From the NCBI GenBank assembly GCA_965202585.1, contig OZ241832.1, positions 45,012,001-45,076,000 on the forward strand: DNA of 64,000 nt, given 5' to 3'. A program made the position numbers and the translations under genes. The notes beneath the pieces are model-generated. The model searched no databases. It saw only the letters and a list, made by a program, of their open reading frames with translations, and was not told where the DNA came from. Within the stretch, counting starts at the first letter, position 1, and every line of letters starts with the position of its first letter. Positions 59,201 to 64,000 of this stretch are shown piece by piece. This DNA is from Thalia democratica. Its lineage: Eukaryota.

Positions 59201-61163
59201 AGTATGGTTTTGCTAAATTGAGTTTTAAACTATAAGTTTTATTGTGTTTGTTTTCAATCATACATGCCAGTTTTATTTCAAGTATAACCTAATGTCTTTT
59301 TGCATGTTTATATTTTAAAAAGTACAGACTGTGTTATTCAACTGAGGATTTCGTTTGAATTGTTTATAACAAGAAAAACATTGTTTTGACAATAAAATTT
59401 TTTAAAATAAAGCAATTTTAGACTTGATTTATCAGACCAAACCACATTAGTATATCCGTGGCAGGCTTTAGAGTTGAAAAACTGCAAATAAAGTTTAGGT
59501 ATTTAGGCAGAGGCTTGTCAAAACTTCTAGATCCAGAAAAGTTAATTGACTTTTTATAAAACTTCGTTTTTTATGGTTTGAAATAATACTACCATTGTCA
59601 ATTTATGTCAGAAAATGTATTGTTCGCCACAAGTGACTTTATATTTTGCAACTACTTTAGTTTTGGTACTTACACATTTCTTGTTTCTTTCAAAACTTTA
59701 TAGAATAACAACAAAGCGACGATTTTAACTATCGCGAGATGGTACGGTACGTATAATTTATCAACTATTAGTTATATAACTTAATATATAAAATATCATT
59801 TTTTGATTTATTGTGAAATAATAAGTTATTTATTGTCTATAAAAAGCTAAGTTGTTTGTTTTTTATGCTTAGCTTATTCAAGTTTTAAATCAAGGAGTAG
59901 CATATAAAACTTGCTGTAAATTTCAGAAAGTTTAAGTTATACCATTTTTTTTCATTAAGTTAAAAAAAAAATAAGAATTGAGTTTAAGTATACATAGTAA
60001 TTTTTTGTTACCACTTACCATTTTAAAGTTGTCATACTTTACTTGTAGTACATGATTCATATAAAGTAAAACATACTCAAAAGACATATTTAATACTAGT
60101 TTTTGCATTATTTTTTTTTCATTTTTCTTAAATTTGTTTTAGTACTTTCGTAGTAAGGCTCATCAGAAATTGTACATTACTATGTTAGAATGGATAGAAA
60201 TTGAAATAAAATCGTACTGTAGTTTAAAGTTTTAGAATATAAAATGACGTAATAATCGAATATTAAAAATTAACTAAATCCTTATGTTGTATAGATTTGG
60301 TACACTAATAATTCTCGTTAGATTAAAAACATGCATACAGCATAAGCATTTAGTTAATTTTTAACATTCAATTATAACGTTATTTTATATTTTAAAACTT
60401 TAAACTACAGTATGATTTTATTTAAATTTCTATTCATTACAACATAGTAAGACACAAATTCTGTCAAGCCTTACTACGAAAGTACTAAAATAAATTTAAG
60501 AAAATTAAATGTCTTTTGTTATATTCTTTAAATAAGTTATGCACCGGAAAAAAGCTGTTCAAGCATTAATTTTTATAGTACACTATTTATGTATAAAAAT
60601 TTTTGTATTGTTAGTTTAATTTTAACTTTTAAACTAATTCAATAAACTCATAACTAATAATGCTTTATATGTTTAATATAGAATTTTTAAGCTATACACG
60701 CTGATTTTTATATTTTAAAACTAACTATAAATACAAGTTTTTATGAGGTTTACTTCTTTCATACCATAAAACACATACTAAATAAACAAAGTTCATGATA
60801 TCTTTTCTACAGAAAAAAATTATATATAATCATATAAACTGTATATCAAAGTTTTTCATTAAAAAAAAATAGTTTAGTTTTAATACAGACTAAATTATTT
60901 GGTCTTAAAATTACTTTTTTAGTTCTTTTTTTCATAGTTCTTCTTTTTAATAATATTTTTCAGAAGTATCAGAGTCTGTTGATTTACCAATTATAATAGG
61001 TAGTGGTGTAACTGATGACAACTTATCTGATTATAAAGACATGAAAACAGTTTCAGGATTTATCATCGGTTCTCACTTTAAAACAAATTCTGTTTGGTCA
61101 AACAATATAGAAAAAAAACAAGTTGATAAGTTTATGAAAAAAATAAGAGAACTTCAAAACTAA
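47126..61163 (+). CDS. BtpA/SgcQ-family TIM-barrel protein (F13E9.13-like), 6 coding exons, 275 aa
   Basis: Exons 47126-47204, 50674-50756, 52537-52723, 53863-54013, 54633-54760, 60964-61163. All GT-AG, phases consistent, 828 nt ATG to TAA. Family motifs: IAMLHVPALPG, IENMHDIPY, LGVQIL, IRCEGYTFSHIGDEG, FTDIKKKHSSHA, DGLIITG, LPIIIGSGV, GFIIGSHFK. Confidence 0.93.
50674..50756 (+). CDS. BtpA-like exon 2
   Basis: phase 1->0; CPKNKLPFNKIRDHVLYEADILANCGV|GTAAGT. Confidence 0.9.
52537..52723 (+). CDS. BtpA-like exon 3
   Basis: ttttag|NSMMIENMHDIPY...AVAKVA; phase 0->1. Confidence 0.92.
53863..54013 (+). CDS. BtpA-like exon 4
   Basis: cacag|LRYIRCEG...FTDIKKKH|GTAGGT; phase 1->2. Confidence 0.92.
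54633..54760 (+). CDS. BtpA-like exon 5
   Basis: ttacag|SHAITSDVSL...DGLIITGNKTG...|GTAAGC; phase 2->1. Confidence 0.92.
56280..57400 (+). mobile_element. Penelope-like remnant (family A-like thumb/GIY-YIG)
   Basis: FNP..VKTNV, SYSCMNN, CNCR..CPL, SELSKHILKLK...NWKIL (ORF 56871..57140). Confidence 0.75.
57400..58015 (-). mobile_element. Penelope-like family B 3' end
   Basis: Near-colinear with 44810-45340; GIY-YIG remnant (YVGRT). Confidence 0.8.
58601..58824. mobile_element. MITE with AAAATCCACCCG subterminal arrays and TTTAAA duplication
   Basis: TTTAAA at 58595-58600 and 58825-58830; the empty site is seen in the homologous pseudo-LTR at ~44898; shares the ACTGTTACCCCTAACC core with the 3368 family. 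Confidence 0.8.
60118..60510. repeat. Inverted repeat (~145-bp arms) containing a minimal hammerhead
   Basis: 60118-60262 is inverted at 60370-60510. Confidence 0.8.
60137..60170 (-). ncRNA. Minimal hammerhead ribozyme candidate
   Basis: UUU-CUGAUGA-GCCUUACUAC-GAAA-GUAC-UA-AAA; palindromic stem III, weak stem II. Confidence 0.5.
60964..61163 (+). CDS. BtpA-like exon 6 (terminal)
   Basis: ttcag|VSESVDLPIIIGSGV...ELQN*; AATAAA at ~61364 and ~61380. Confidence 0.92.
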
Positions 61164-64000
61164 ATTTTTCTAGAGAATCCAAAACTTAAATTAAAAAAGT
61201 TAAATTTATGATTTCTTTCAAATTATTAACTTCATTTAAACATAAAATTTTACTATTTAATTTAAAAATAATAACGATTCTAAAAAAATAATCACAGTTG
61301 ACGTTTCAAATATTTTAATACAACTTTTTAAAACTTAGTTTGTTTAAAAAATGTAAACGTAGAAATAAATACTTTTATTAATAAATAAATAGTTCTTTTT
61401 TAATTTATTTATATTTTATTTGGTTTTTGCATCTCACGGCAAACAATAGTCCAGACTTTGATTCTGTCAAATATTAGCCGATATTTTCTTAGATACTATT
61501 TAGGTAATAAGGTTATATACGTCGAATTCTTAGTTAAATAGAAAAAATCTATTTTTAATGTTAGTAACATTCTTAAAGAAAATAATTGTAACTATTGTAC
61601 AATGTAAACATTTAGTCGAATTAGGAGATTAATTGTTACTAAACATATGATTTTTTTAAATTTTTCATTTTTTCAGAAAAGGCATCAGCTTCTTTTATAA
61701 ATCGACAGCCAATTTCTTCAGAAAAAGTTGCCTGCAGGCCGCGTTTTATGAAAGTATATTTTTTGGGCAGCTTTTCTTTTTAATTTTTGCAGTATTCAGT
61801 ACAATTCTTTATAGTTTATTGAGACAAAAAGGACGCTCAAAATATTTGGTCCTAGACCTGGTGCACAAAGAACCTTTCGGTTATCGAGTCGCACACCACG
61901 AATACCTTTTTACGTCCTGCCCAGTACAATAGTACTATTTTAAAACAAAAAAGATATAAAAAAAACAATAACAAAGTATACTAATATTACTAGTTATCAA
62001 ATTAAGAGCCTAATTTTAAGTTTTTACAGTAAAAACTTTTTTTTTGTTAAGTAAATAGTTGTAGCGTTATTGTAAATTTTACAGACCCCTATATCAAAAT
62101 TAAAAAGAACCAATTTAGTTCACTTTACAATAGCGCTACATTTTCTTTTTGCATAGCTGGTCTCAATATTTAGGGTTAAAATGTTTTATTTGTTATATCA
62201 AATGCAAAATCTATAAACTTTAAGAAAGTAAAAAATAAACAACATGTAAAAAAAGTGTTTTTATTGAAAAAATATAACCGATAAGCAAATTTTTGAAACC
62301 TAGTAAAAAAAATAATTTTTATTTTTTGATTTAAAAATAGTTTTATTAACCATAGAAGAATAGACAAGTACATTTTATTAAAACATTTTAATGCTATTTT
62401 TACTTGGTGTTTTCAAAATAGTTCAAACACTAGCATTTTACAAACATCTACAAACTGTGTTCAGCCTTTTTAAAATCTTCTTATTACGGATAAAAACAGG
62501 TTGTGTAAAAGAAACATGAAGTTAGTTAAAAAACTGAACTACTCAAAAGAATAGTGAGATCGATTATAACTTTTACATAGATCTAATAACTTTAGATTTA
62601 ATTAAAAATTAACATTATAAGTGCATAGTTTTATCAAGTCTGGATTAAACAAATCCGGTTTAAAATTAAATAAGAAATTAAAAACAAATAAGTAACTTCT
62701 ACCCATTCAAGAGATGCTACTTTACGTACTAGAAATATTTAAAATCGAAAAGTTCTACAAAATATTTTTTTAGCTTTTAAATTTTTAAGATAAAACTTTA
62801 AATCACTAACGACATTAACTAGTGAAACTAATTTTAAAAACATACATAAATAAACACTTTAAATGGAAGGACTTTAAAAAAATGTTTTTAATAATACTCC
62901 TGGGCCCTAGTTTAAAATAACTTATTAAAAAGAACTATTTGCTAATTAAAAGATAACTTATTAAAAGAGTTCCAGTGGGTTTTTTATATACTTCTTTTCT
63001 ATTGAAGTGTTTTTTTTTAGTTAAATATTAATGTATGCCCAAAACTCTTTTCTGAACGTTTTGCTTTTAAAACACTATTTTTTAATTTACTTAAAGCTCT
63101 TTTTTAGTATTTAAGCGCAAAAATTTATTAAAACTTTAAAAAAATTAGCAAATATTTATGTAAAACAATAAATTAAAAAGGTTCAAAGCTTGTTTTTGAT
63201 CACAAATCATAAAAATCAATAAATTCTTTCAGGATATTTTAAGAAAAAATATTTTCTAAACTGTTTTAAAGACTGTAATAAGTTAACAAAGTTTTGTTTC
63301 TGTAGAAATTCATTGAAAATCTTAAGTATGATATAAAGGGACTGATTCTAAATTTCGATACAGCTTTTAGATTTATATTCATTGTTTTCTTTATAAGTAA
63401 ATAGTAACTATTGTAATAGCCAATAAACTAAATGGAACCTATTTGTTTTGTTTGTTAACTAGTTTGCAATGTTTCAAACAAATCTATGATTTTGTGTTTT
63501 GATGTTATGATCGTAAACAATTTTATTTTCAATTTTTTGTTTTTACTCAATAACCTAAGACTTGGAAGTCTGTATACAATAATAAAAATCAAACATATGT
63601 TTTAATTTCGTTTAAAACTTTGTAAATAAGTTAAATAAGAAAAAAATTAGGTCTCATATAGTTTGTTTGGAAATGAAACAATAAACAAAAAAAAGAAAGT
63701 AGTTCAAAAGTTTTTAATTATTCCCTGATAAAAACTAAAATGAAGCTTATAATATGAAATGTAATGTTTTCATTAGGGAATATTTTTTAAATGAATTTCA
63801 AGTAAAGTTATTTAAATTGTTTCTTTAATTGTAATTTTCAAATTTTTAGAACATAACATGATGATGAATAAAGATGTTAATCCTTATTGATCCTAAACTA
63901 ACACTTTTTTAAGAGTGGAGACTGCTTGGTAATTTGATCTTTTTCAACTATTTGTTTCGCATTATAAATCTTAAATGAACCATTAATAATTTGAAAGCTT

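Overview
Very AT-rich, transposon-dense eukaryotic DNA. A Hydra-like cnidarian is suggested by the base composition and repeat types; this is inference. Two intron-rich host genes, hidden from the ORF track by short exons, can be spliced in frame by hand. (1) Minus strand, 34269->11071: 18 coding exons, ~864 aa, a highly divergent TMTC-like protein (multi-TM GT-C-type domain plus TPR-like C-terminus) with most of the family's catalytic-loop motifs replaced. (2) Plus strand, 47126->61163: 6 coding exons, 275 aa, BtpA/SgcQ-family TIM-barrel protein. The genes lie head-to-head across a ~12.8 kb TE-filled spacer. The rest is nested mobile DNA: two decayed Ty3/Gypsy elements, a pol-less LTR element (tRNA-Trp-type PBS, gag-like ORF, 14-aa repeat region) inside a hAT transposon, several Penelope-like elements with inverted pseudo-LTRs and hammerhead ribozymes (one canonical and intact, one compensatory U3-A8 variant), CR1/L2-type LINE remnants, hAT and other MITEs, and fold-back palindromes. 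No rRNA, tRNA or CRISPR array was seen.
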